Shown here: in pieces, positions 52,207-59,861 of the stretch
Position numbering within the stretch: the first letter of the stretch is position 1
Layout: each line of letters starts with the position of its first letter
Source of the DNA: Candidatus Xenobia bacterium
Lineage (GTDB): Bacteria > Acidobacteriota > Terriglobia > Acidiferrales > 2-02-FULL-67-57
Length of the DNA stretch: 64,000 nt
Direction: 5' to 3'
Assembly: GCA_035573715.1 (NCBI GenBank)
Contig: DATLZZ010000010.1
Span: 246,746-310,745 of the forward strand
Program-made: the position numbers and the translations under genes
The notes under the pieces: model-generated
What the model was told of the DNA's origin: nothing
The model's input: only the letters and a program-made list of their open reading frames with translations
The model's database searches: none

Positions 52207-52779
52207 ATGCACACCATCGCCAGTCTCAAGGATGCCCAGACCCAAACCAAGGTGCGGATGGACAAGACGGTGGAGGACTTCCGCCGCGAACTCTCGCACC
52301 TGCGCACCGGGCGCGCTTCGGTGACGCTGCTGGAGGACGTCAAGGTGGACTACTACGGCCAGCCGACGCCGTTGAATGCGCTGGCCAAGCTGGCGACCCC
52401 GGAGCCGACGCTCATCGTCGTGCAGCCGTTCGACCCCTCGATGATGCAGGCGGTGGAGAAGGCCATCCGGTCGGCCGAGCTGGGGCTGAATCCGGTGAAC
52501 GATGGCAAGGTGATTCGCGTGCCGATACCGGCGCTGACCGAAGAGCGGCGCAAGGAGTTGGTCAAGCACCTGCACACGGTGCTGGAGAACCACAAGACGG
52601 CGCTGCGCAACATCCGCCGCGACATCAAGGAAGCCATCGAGGCGCTGTTCAAGGACAAGAAAATCAGCGAAGACGACAAGATGCACGCCATCAAAGAGCT
52701 CGACAAAGTCACCCACGACTACACTGAAAAGCTCGATACCCTCTCCAAAGCCAAAGAAAAAGAAATCCTCGAACTCTAG
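52207..52779 (+). CDS. frr: Ribosome recycling factor
   Basis: LRTGRASVTLLEDVKVDYYG.PTPLN.LA....PE...I.VQPFD......EKAI..S.LGLNP...G..IRVPIPALTEERRKEL.K. Confidence 0.95.
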   Translation: MHTIASLKDAQTQTKVRMDKTVEDFRRELSHLRTGRASVTLLEDVKVDYYGQPTPLNALAKLATPEPTLIVVQPFDPSMMQAVEKAIRSAELGLNPVNDGKVIRVPIPALTEERRKELVKHLHTVLENHKTALRNIRRDIKEAIEALFKDKKISEDDKMHAIKELDKVTHDYTEKLDTLSKAKEKEILEL

Positions 52780-52855
52780 GCACAACAAAAGAGCAGATTC
52801 TTCACCCATCCTTCCTTTGAGAGGGCGGGATTCGGAATGAGCGGCGCTGCGTGCG

Positions 52856-53836
52856 TCAGGGCGGGGAGAATTGCAGGGCGAAGCGGGCGGCGCCGTAGAG
52901 GGCGGCCTGGTCGTTGAGGATGACGTGGATGGGGATGGCTTCCAGCAGGGGCGCCAGCCGGGCTTTGTCGCGGAAGGCGGCGAGGAAGGTGCCGTCGGTG
53001 AGCTTGGGGAGAATCTTCGGGGCGATGCCGCCGCCGAGATAGACGCCGGCGGTGGCCAGCGCCTTCAGGGCCAGGTTGCCGGCTTCGGCGCCGAAGCATT
53101 CCACCCACAGATGAAGGGCCTTTCGGCAGAGCTCACTGCGCCCTTCGAGCGCGGCGCGCGAGATGGCTGCGGCGGGATCGTCGTCCTTCGAAATCTCCTC
53201 GTGCACCGGCGCCGGTTCGGCCGAGCCGGACTCGCGCAGGTAGTTGTAAATGTTCACCAGCCCTTTGCCGCTGACGATGCGGTCGAAGCTGACGTGATGG
53301 TACTTCCGCAGGAGATACCGTAGCAGGCCGATTTCAATCTCGTTGCGGGGTGCGAACGAGCAGTGGCCGCCTTCGGAGGCCGAGGGCCGGTGCATCTTTC
53401 CGTCCCAGAACAGAATGCACTCGCCCAGCCCGGTGCCGGGCGCGATGAGCGCGGCATTGCCCGTCGCCGGCTTGCCCGGGTGGAGGCAGTGGAGCTCTTC
53501 GGGGCGCAGCGTGGCGATACCGTAGGCTTTGGCTTCGAGGTCGTTGAGCAGGACAACCTCGGCGTCCAGCGCCTGGCGCAACTCGGTGGCGTCCACGGTT
53601 TCCCACGGCAAGTTCGGCGTGACGCTGCGGCCTCCGACGACTGGCCCGGCAATACCGAGGCAGGCGAAAGTCACTTTTTCCCTGGCGGCGTCGAGGAAAT
53701 CCTTGAGGCAATCGCTGAGCCGCGAGTACTCGCGGCTCGGTAGACTCCGGCCGTGAACCGGCCGGCGCGGGTCGCCTCCGGGCGGATAAAGGGCAAGCAG
53801 CGATTTCGTCCCGCCGATGTCGCCGGCGAGAATCAT
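52856..53836 (-). CDS. glk: Glucokinase
   Basis: MILAGDIGGTKSLLAL...CLGIAGPV......TPNLPW......L......V.LLNDLEA.AYG...GTGLGE. Confidence 0.88.
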   Translation of the reverse strand: MILAGDIGGTKSLLALYPPGGDPRRPVHGRSLPSREYSRLSDCLKDFLDAAREKVTFACLGIAGPVVGGRSVTPNLPWETVDATELRQALDAEVVLLNDLEAKAYGIATLRPEELHCLHPGKPATGNAALIAPGTGLGECILFWDGKMHRPSASEGGHCSFAPRNEIEIGLLRYLLRKYHHVSFDRIVSGKGLVNIYNYLRESGSAEPAPVHEEISKDDDPAAAISRAALEGRSELCRKALHLWVECFGAEAGNLALKALATAGVYLGGGIAPKILPKLTDGTFLAAFRDKARLAPLLEAIPIHVILNDQAALYGAARFALQFSPP

Positions 53837-54588
53837 TGACTCACCCCGGCCGGCACCAGTTCAACGCGCAAACCTTTCAGCCGTCCCACCGCCGCGGAAT
53901 CAGTCAGCCAGAGCAGCTCGCCCTTTTTCGGGTGCACCAGTTGGGCGGGCAGATGCCCCGAGCCTTCGACCGCCACCCGCAACGCCGTGGCTTTGTTTTC
54001 CCCCGAGACCAGGAAATGCACGCGGCGCGCGGCGTTGAGCACCGGCAGGGTCAAGGTAATGCGCGCCGGCAGGTGCGGTGGCTGGTGGCTGACCACCCAG
54101 CGCTGCTTCTCGTGCAGCGCGGGGGCGCCGGGAAAAAGTGAAGCCACATGCCCGTCATCGCCCAGGCCGAGCAGAATCAAGTCGAACTCCGGCCAGCCCC
54201 AGCGGCGCCCGAAGTGACGCCGCAGCTCCTGCTCGTACTCCGTTGCCGCCTGCGCCGGTGGCAGGGTAGCGGGAACCGGATGGACGTTCTTAGGCGGGAT
54301 GCGCACGTGCTTGAGCAGCGACTCGCGCGCCAGCTTGTAGTTGCTTTGCGGGTGATCGGGCGGAACCATGCGTTCGTCGCTCCAGAAGATGTGCACCCGC
54401 TCCCAGGGAGTGCGCCGCTGGAATTCGGCCGAGGCCAGCAGCTCGTAGAGCCGCCGCGGCGTGCCGCCGCCGGAGAGCGCCACGCGGAAGGGCCGGCGGC
54501 CGCTGGCTTCCGCCGCCGAGGCGAAGCGGCGGGCCGCCTCCAGACTGAGGCTTTCGTAGTCGGCGCAGATGATGAGCGTGCCGCGCAT
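53833..54588 (-). CDS. pgl: 6-phosphogluconolactonase
   Basis: VALSGGGTPRRLYELLA......W..VHIFWSDERMVPPDHPQSNY....E.LL; 4-nt overlap with glk. Confidence 0.9.
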   Translation of the reverse strand: MRGTLIICADYESLSLEAARRFASAAEASGRRPFRVALSGGGTPRRLYELLASAEFQRRTPWERVHIFWSDERMVPPDHPQSNYKLARESLLKHVRIPPKNVHPVPATLPPAQAATEYEQELRRHFGRRWGWPEFDLILLGLGDDGHVASLFPGAPALHEKQRWVVSHQPPHLPARITLTLPVLNAARRVHFLVSGENKATALRVAVEGSGHLPAQLVHPKKGELLWLTDSAAVGRLKGLRVELVPAGVSQ

Positions 54589-54603
54589 CGGGTGCGGGCG
54601 AAA

Positions 54604-55500
54604 CTACTTCTTCTTGATTTCGTGGCCGCCGAATTCGTGGCGCAGGGCGGCGATGAGCTTGGCGCTGAAGGAGTCCTTCTGGCGCGAGCGGAAGCGGGAA
54701 AAAAGCGCCAGCGCCAGGGCCTGCGCGGGCACGCCGCGCTCCAGGGCTTCGCGCACCGTGCCGCGGCCGTAGCCGGAATCTTCAACCCAGCCCTTGACCC
54801 CGCGCAGGCGCGGGTCTTTGCGGAGCGCGGCTTCGGTGAGCTCCAGAAGCCAGGAGCGGACGACACTGCCGCGATTCCACAGCCGGGCGAGCTGGTAGAG
54901 GTCGAGCTTGTAGTCGGACTGCGCCAGCAGCTCGAACCCTTCCCCGTAGGCTTCCAGCAAACCATACTCGATGCCGTTGTGAATCATCTTGACGAAGTGG
55001 CCGGCGCCGCTGGGGCCGACATGGGCGTAGCCGTCCCGCGGCGCGAGCGCCTTGAAGAGCGGCTCGGCGCGGCGGAAGGCCTCGCGTTCGCCCCCCACCA
55101 TCAGGCAGAAGCCGTGAGTGGCGCCCCAAACGCCGCCGCTGGTGCCGACGTCGAGGAAGTGGATGCCTTCCTGGCGCAGCACGCGGGCGCGGGCAACCGA
55201 GTGGCGGTAGTCGGAGTTGCCGCCGTCAATCACGATGTCGTCGGCATGGAGGTAGGACTCGAGGCCGCGAAGGACGGCGCCCACCGGTCCGCCGGCGGGC
55301 ACCATCAGCCAGACGATGCGCGGCGGCTTGAGCTGCTCGAGCACGCCGCCCAGCGTGGCGGCGCCCCGGGCGCCCTTGCGGGTGAGGGCTTTGACGCGTT
55401 CAGCTTCCTGGTCATAGGCGACGACCTGGTGTCTGGCGTGGAGCAGGCGCGCCACCATTGCGCTGCCCATGCGTCCCAGGCCGACGAATCCAACTTGCAT
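54604..55500 (-). CDS. gnd: 6-phosphogluconate dehydrogenase, decarboxylating (short, GntZ/YqeC-like form)
   Basis: MQVGFVGLGRMGSAMV..L......V.AYD...IDGGNS.Y......A......GI.F.DVGTSGG.WG...G.C.MVGG...GAGHFVKM.HNGIEYG. Confidence 0.9.
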   Translation of the reverse strand: MQVGFVGLGRMGSAMVARLLHARHQVVAYDQEAERVKALTRKGARGAATLGGVLEQLKPPRIVWLMVPAGGPVGAVLRGLESYLHADDIVIDGGNSDYRHSVARARVLRQEGIHFLDVGTSGGVWGATHGFCLMVGGEREAFRRAEPLFKALAPRDGYAHVGPSGAGHFVKMIHNGIEYGLLEAYGEGFELLAQSDYKLDLYQLARLWNRGSVVRSWLLELTEAALRKDPRLRGVKGWVEDSGYGRGTVREALERGVPAQALALALFSRFRSRQKDSFSAKLIAALRHEFGGHEIKKK

Positions 55501-55559
55501 GATTCACCTCAGCTGACGGCACGCCTGAAAGCGTGCCTTGACGAAAGCACCGCCTCGAC

Positions 55560-55712
55560 TCACGACCCAGCCTTGCCTTTGAGCGAGTCTTTCAAGGAGC
55601 GGAGTTCATCGGCCAGGCGCTTCTGGCGCAACGACAAATTGAGCACGTACCCAATGTGCAGGGCCCAGACAAGCGCGAAGGCGTAAAAGAGATGCTTCAG
55701 GCCGATGTCCAT
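55560..55712 (-). CDS. ccmD: CcmD-like small heme exporter protein (50 aa)
   Basis: Absent from the ORF track. My translation is MDIGLKHLFYAFALVWALHIGYVLNLSLRQKRLADELRSLKDSLKGKAGS*. GGGAGG RBS. One TM helix plus a basic tail. It sits immediately after ccmC, the usual ccmD position. Confidence 0.65.
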   Translation of the reverse strand: MDIGLKHLFYAFALVWALHIGYVLNLSLRQKRLADELRSLKDSLKGKAGS

Positions 55713-55730
55713 CGGTCCTCCCTTGTGAGT

Positions 55731-56420
55731 TCAGGCGCGAACACGGCGATAGAGTTCGTTCAGCTCGTGACTCAGCGTTTCCAGCCGGTAGCGCTGCAAG
55801 AACAGCAGCAAGCCGAGGGCGTGCAGCGCCACGAGGCACCAAATCAGCCCAACCCACATTTCCGGGGCCAGCCCGGAGCCTTCGCCGCCGCCGATAACGG
55901 GCTTGGGGTGCTGGCCGCGAAAGCGGTTGGCGATGTAGACGATGGGCACGTCGACAAAGCCGATGATGCCAACCACGGCCGAAAGCAGGGCGCGGCGGTT
56001 GGGGTCTTCAACGTAGACCCGCAGCATCAGGTAGCCGACGAAAATCAGAAAAAGGATCAGCGTGGTGGTCAGGCGCGGGTCCCAGGCCCACCAGATTCCC
56101 CAGACGGGCTTGGCCCAGAGCGGGCCGGTGATGAGCACCGCAGCACAAAAGATGGTTCCGACCTCGGCGGCGGAGACAGCGACGCGGTCCCAGCCCAGGC
56201 GCCGGGTGCGCAGGTACGCGATGCTGCACACGAAGACGACGAAAAAGAGATTGAACGAAACCACGGCTGACGGCATGTGGATGTAGAAGATGCGCTGCAC
56301 GACGCCCATCGTTTTCTCGGTAGGGACGACGAAAAAGACCTGATAGAGAGCGACCAGCAGCAGCACCAGGGTGGCGGCCACGAGCGCAGGCGTCAGGCGT
56401 TGATAGGTGGACTCGCTCAA
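55731..56420 (-). CDS. ccmC: Heme exporter protein CcmC
   Basis: Trp-rich WWD motif WAKPVWGIWWAWDPRLTTTLI, flanked by conserved His residues (IHMP). Confidence 0.93.
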   Translation of the reverse strand: MSESTYQRLTPALVAATLVLLLVALYQVFFVVPTEKTMGVVQRIFYIHMPSAVVSFNLFFVVFVCSIAYLRTRRLGWDRVAVSAAEVGTIFCAAVLITGPLWAKPVWGIWWAWDPRLTTTLILFLIFVGYLMLRVYVEDPNRRALLSAVVGIIGFVDVPIVYIANRFRGQHPKPVIGGGEGSGLAPEMWVGLIWCLVALHALGLLLFLQRYRLETLSHELNELYRRVRA

Positions 56421-56426
56421 ACGCTC

Positions 56427-57104
56427 CTATTCCTCCACCACGTATCCGAAGAGCAGCCAGCAGAGCAGCGTGAAGATAATATCAAAACCCACCAGTAACC
56501 TGAACTGAAGGCCGGCAAAGGCGAGCGGCAGGTCGGCGAGCAAGGTGGCGGTGAGGTCAACGGTGGCGACCAGCACCGGCACGGTCAGCGGCAGCAGCAG
56601 CAGCGGCAGCATCAGCTCCTGCATACGCGTGTTGGCGCTGACGGCGGAGAACATCGTGCCCAGCGCCGTGAGCCCCCAGGTGCCGAGAAGAAGAATCAGC
56701 AGCAGCGAGCCTGGGCGGTTCCACAACGACAGGTTGAAGAAAAGCCCGAATACGGGCAGCAGCACGAGCTCGGCAATAAAGAGCAGCAGCAGGTTGCTCA
56801 GCAACTTGCCGAGATAGATGGCGCCAGGGTCGGCGGGCGCCAGGCGCAGGCCGGCGAGGCAGTCGTTGGCGGTCTCGCGGGCGAAGCCGCGGTTCAGGCC
56901 GAGAATCGACGCGAAAAGAAACGCCAGCCAGAGCAATCCGCCGGCGATGACGCGCGCTTCGTCGGCCGTCGGCTCGAAGGCGAAAGTGAAAGCGACCGAA
57001 ACCGTGAAGCCGAAGAGCAGCACCCCGGTCAGAACATCCTTGGTGCGCCACTCTGAGAGCAAGTCCTTGCGGAGGATGGCCGCGGCGACCCGCCAGGTGC
57101 TCAT
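56427..57104 (-). CDS. ccmB: Heme exporter protein CcmB
   Basis: 225 aa with six TM helices. ILRKDLLSEWRTKD... Located between ccmA and ccmC. Confidence 0.88.
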   Translation of the reverse strand: MSTWRVAAAILRKDLLSEWRTKDVLTGVLLFGFTVSVAFTFAFEPTADEARVIAGGLLWLAFLFASILGLNRGFARETANDCLAGLRLAPADPGAIYLGKLLSNLLLLFIAELVLLPVFGLFFNLSLWNRPGSLLLILLLGTWGLTALGTMFSAVSANTRMQELMLPLLLLPLTVPVLVATVDLTATLLADLPLAFAGLQFRLLVGFDIIFTLLCWLLFGYVVEE

Positions 57105-57835
57105 CGCGCAGCCGCCACTAGGCGGGCTTTAAGCTCGTCCGCCAGTCCGGGAGAGTTGGGCCCATCGAACAGCACGGCGCCTTTTTCCAGCAGCAGCACG
57201 CGCGAAGCGGGGCGCAGGCTTTCGGCGAGGTCGTGCGAGCTGAGAATGACGGTGCGGCCGCTGCGATGGCAACCGGCCAGCCAGGCGTGAAGGCGCTCGC
57301 GGGTGGGAGCGTCGAGACCGGTGGCGGGCTCATCGAGCAGCAGGACGTCAGGCCGATGCAACCAGGCGCGGGCCAAGGCGAGGCGTTGCTTCAGGCCGCG
57401 CGAGAGGCTGCGAGCACGGCTGCCGGCCCGGTCGGCGAGGCCCATTTCTTCGAGCACTTCCGGCACGCGGCGGGCAGCGTCGGCCAGGCCGTAGAGGCGG
57501 GCATAGAAGTGGAGGTTTTCTTCCGCCGTCAGCTCGTCGTAGAGCGCCAGGTCGTGACCGCAGAAGCCGAGGCGCTGCTTGAAGCTCGTCGGTAGGCGGC
57601 GCGCGGGTTGGTCGTCGAAGAGCAGCTCACCTTCGGAGGGAGGTTGAAGGAGGGCGAGGGTGCGAAGCAGCGTGGTCTTGCCGGCGCCATTGCGGCCGAG
57701 CACGACGAGAAACTCGCCCGGCTCGATGCCGAAGCGCAAGCGATCGAGCGCCACGAAGCGCCCAAAAAACCTGCTGACCGATTCGAGCGTGATTCGAGGG
57801 CTACTTGGCGGCGCGGGAGCTGCGGGCGCTGGCAT
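57101..57835 (-). CDS. ccmA: Heme ABC exporter ATP-binding protein CcmA
   Basis: Walker A GRNGAGKTTLLR, signature LSRGLKQRLALA, Walker B LLLDEP. I start at ATG (complement 57833-57835), which overlaps the upstream gene by 35 nt. The start is uncertain. Confidence 0.88.
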   Translation of the reverse strand: MPAPAAPAPPSSPRITLESVSRFFGRFVALDRLRFGIEPGEFLVVLGRNGAGKTTLLRTLALLQPPSEGELLFDDQPARRLPTSFKQRLGFCGHDLALYDELTAEENLHFYARLYGLADAARRVPEVLEEMGLADRAGSRARSLSRGLKQRLALARAWLHRPDVLLLDEPATGLDAPTRERLHAWLAGCHRSGRTVILSSHDLAESLRPASRVLLLEKGAVLFDGPNSPGLADELKARLVAAAR

Positions 57836-58979
57836 GGATGGCTTGGGCCGCCGCGGGCGGCAACGAGTACAGATAAAACAGGCCGAGCAACAGCACGGCA
57901 AGCGACAGGCCGACAATATACCACTGAGCGCGGTTGGCGGGCTGGGGGACGATGATGACGGTGGACTCCGCCTCCTGCGGGGCGCCGGGCGCGGGTTGAG
58001 CCGAGGCCGACTCGGCCGCCTCCAGCGCGGCGGGGTTGACCTTCACTTTCACGTTCAGCTCTTTCACGCCTTCGATGCGATACACGCGGGCCTGCGGAAC
58101 TTGCGTCTGCTCGATTTCCTTGAGGCCGGGGCCTTGCACTTCGACACTGGCGCGCGGAGCCGCCAGATGTCGGCGCTCGGTCTGGTGCGGGAGCGGGAGT
58201 CGCAGGTCCATCTCGCTGCCGCTCAACGGCAGAACGTAGCTCACCTGAATTTCACTCTCGCCGGGGTAGAGCGGGAAGTTGATGGCGTAGGTGTTGGTTT
58301 GGTCGGTTTCCTGCGGCTGCTGGCGGAGCTGCATTCCGGTGGCCCGAGCCGCGCTGACCTGGAGGTCGCCGACCAAGCCGGGGAGCGTAAAGCGGAAACT
58401 GCCTTCGTCGGGCGCGTAGGTTCGCTTGGGCTCAGAGGTGTTGCGCAGGGCGTAGTACTCGTTGATGCGCATGTGGTCGGGGCGCGGCTCAAGCACGATG
58501 GTCTGGGCTTCGACGCGGATGTCTTCCGGGCGCGCGCCGGTTTCGTAGACCTCGATGTCGACGGTGATGCGGTCGCCGGTGGCCAGCATCGCGGGTTTGT
58601 TGTAGTTCACGCCGCGGAAGGGAACCTGGACGAGGAAGCGCTCGCTGGGATTGGCGGCGACCACGAAGCGGTAGCTGCCGTCGGCCGCCGTAACGGTGTC
58701 GCGCACGGGAACCATCTGGCCGCGGAGAGCGACGAGGTTCACCGACTGGTCGGCCACCGGCTTGCCGGTGGTGGCGTTGATGACCCGCCCGGAAATGTCG
58801 ACGGCGTGAGCCTCGGGGGTCAGGAACAACAGGGCGACGAACACAAGCAGACTCGCAACCGCGCCTCTGGCCGGCGGGGCCAGGCTCCTGCGTGGGGGAA
58901 ATACGAAGCCCGTTTGCCCGGAGGCAGCAGCCTCCGGGCTATGGAGGATGGGCCACGCGCGAGAAAGGTCGTCGCTCAT
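57801..58979 (-). CDS. Carboxypeptidase-regulatory-like (CarboxypepD_reg) domain protein with C-terminal TM anchor, embedded in the ccm operon
   Basis: Signal/anchor AVASLLVFVALLFLTPEAHA. Then ISGRVINATTGKPVADQSVNLV...DGSYRF, a typical Ig-like CarboxypepD_reg motif. C-terminal helix WYIVGLSLAVLLLGLFYLY. Its start overlaps the stop of the upstream gene (TGATG). Confidence 0.65.
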   Translation of the reverse strand: MSDDLSRAWPILHSPEAAASGQTGFVFPPRRSLAPPARGAVASLLVFVALLFLTPEAHAVDISGRVINATTGKPVADQSVNLVALRGQMVPVRDTVTAADGSYRFVVAANPSERFLVQVPFRGVNYNKPAMLATGDRITVDIEVYETGARPEDIRVEAQTIVLEPRPDHMRINEYYALRNTSEPKRTYAPDEGSFRFTLPGLVGDLQVSAARATGMQLRQQPQETDQTNTYAINFPLYPGESEIQVSYVLPLSGSEMDLRLPLPHQTERRHLAAPRASVEVQGPGLKEIEQTQVPQARVYRIEGVKELNVKVKVNPAALEAAESASAQPAPGAPQEAESTVIIVPQPANRAQWYIVGLSLAVLLLGLFYLYSLPPAAAQAIHASARSSRAAK

Positions 58980-59365
58980 CAGGCATTCTCCGAGCGGGGG
59001 AGCTCGGCCCCGCAGGCGCCGCAGAAGCGGTTGTCGGCCGGGTTGTCGCGACCGCAGCGGGTGCAGCGCCCCGGGACGAACACCGGCGCCTCGGCGGCGC
59101 CGCCCAGCTTTTCCATTTCGTGCAGCAGCAGGGCGAGCTCTTCCTGGTAGCGGGCTTTGGTTTGCTGGTAGTCGGCGTCGGAGAGCTTCCCCATACGGAA
59201 TTCGAGGTGCAGGTCGCGCAGGTTATCGTAAAGGACGTCGCGGCGCTGTTCGAGGAACTCGCGGTCGCGCTCCAGCGGGGTCTTCACCCGCACCGGCTCG
59301 GGCGTGAGCCAGAACACGTAGAGCAGGGCGGCCAGCGTGAGCGCGGCGCAAGCGAAGACGATCAT
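58979..59365 (-). CDS. CcmI-N-terminal-like membrane protein with C-terminal zinc ribbon
   Basis: TM helix MIVFACAALTLAALLYVFWL. A helical segment LEQRRDVLYDNLRDLHLEFRMGKLSDADYQQTKARYQEELALLLHE resembles the CcmI N-terminal module. A CxxC...CxxC ribbon (CTRCGRDNPADNRFCGACG) replaces the usual TPR domain. Confidence 0.55.
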   Translation of the reverse strand: MIVFACAALTLAALLYVFWLTPEPVRVKTPLERDREFLEQRRDVLYDNLRDLHLEFRMGKLSDADYQQTKARYQEELALLLHEMEKLGGAAEAPVFVPGRCTRCGRDNPADNRFCGACGAELPRSENA

Positions 59366-59369
59366 CGGG

Positions 59370-59861
59370 CTACTCTTCCAGCTTCTTCATTTCGCGCTCG
59401 AGATTGGCGCGGTAGCGTTCGAGCAGGTACGGGTCGGGGGCGGTAGCCTTGCGCCGCCCCAGCCAGCGCCGGGCGACGTAGTAGACCAGCGCCAGCCCCA
59501 GCAGCAGCGCCACGAACGGCATCACCCAGGCGGTCAAGTTGAATCCTTCCGCCGGGGGCGCGGCCAGGATGGCCGGGCCGAACTCGGCCACCATCGCTTC
59601 GAGAATCTGCGGCTCGCTCTTGCCGGCCGCCAGCCCTTCGCGAATCTTGGCGCGCAGCACCGGCGCCGAGGGACATTGCAGGTGCGGGCAGACCGTCAAG
59701 CCGTAGTTGCAGCCGCACTGGCAGATGAGCTTGTCGGAGATGCGCCGGAAGGCTGCTTCGCCCGCGTCGGCGGGCGCCGGCTGCTGCGCGAACAGGGCCG
59801 GGCCGAAGGCGGCGGCAACCGTCAACGCCAACGCCAGAAGGGTTCTACGCGGCGACTTCAT
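59370..59861 (-). CDS. ccmH: CcmH/NrfF-family cytochrome c biogenesis protein, variant Cys motif
   Basis: Signal peptide, then LICQCGCNYGLTVCPHLQCPSA in place of the canonical LRCxxC. Conserved downstream pattern (LRAKIREGLAAGKSEPQILEAMVAEFGPAIL..PP) and a C-terminal TM helix. Confidence 0.75.
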   Translation of the reverse strand: MKSPRRTLLALALTVAAAFGPALFAQQPAPADAGEAAFRRISDKLICQCGCNYGLTVCPHLQCPSAPVLRAKIREGLAAGKSEPQILEAMVAEFGPAILAAPPAEGFNLTAWVMPFVALLLGLALVYYVARRWLGRRKATAPDPYLLERYRANLEREMKKLEE

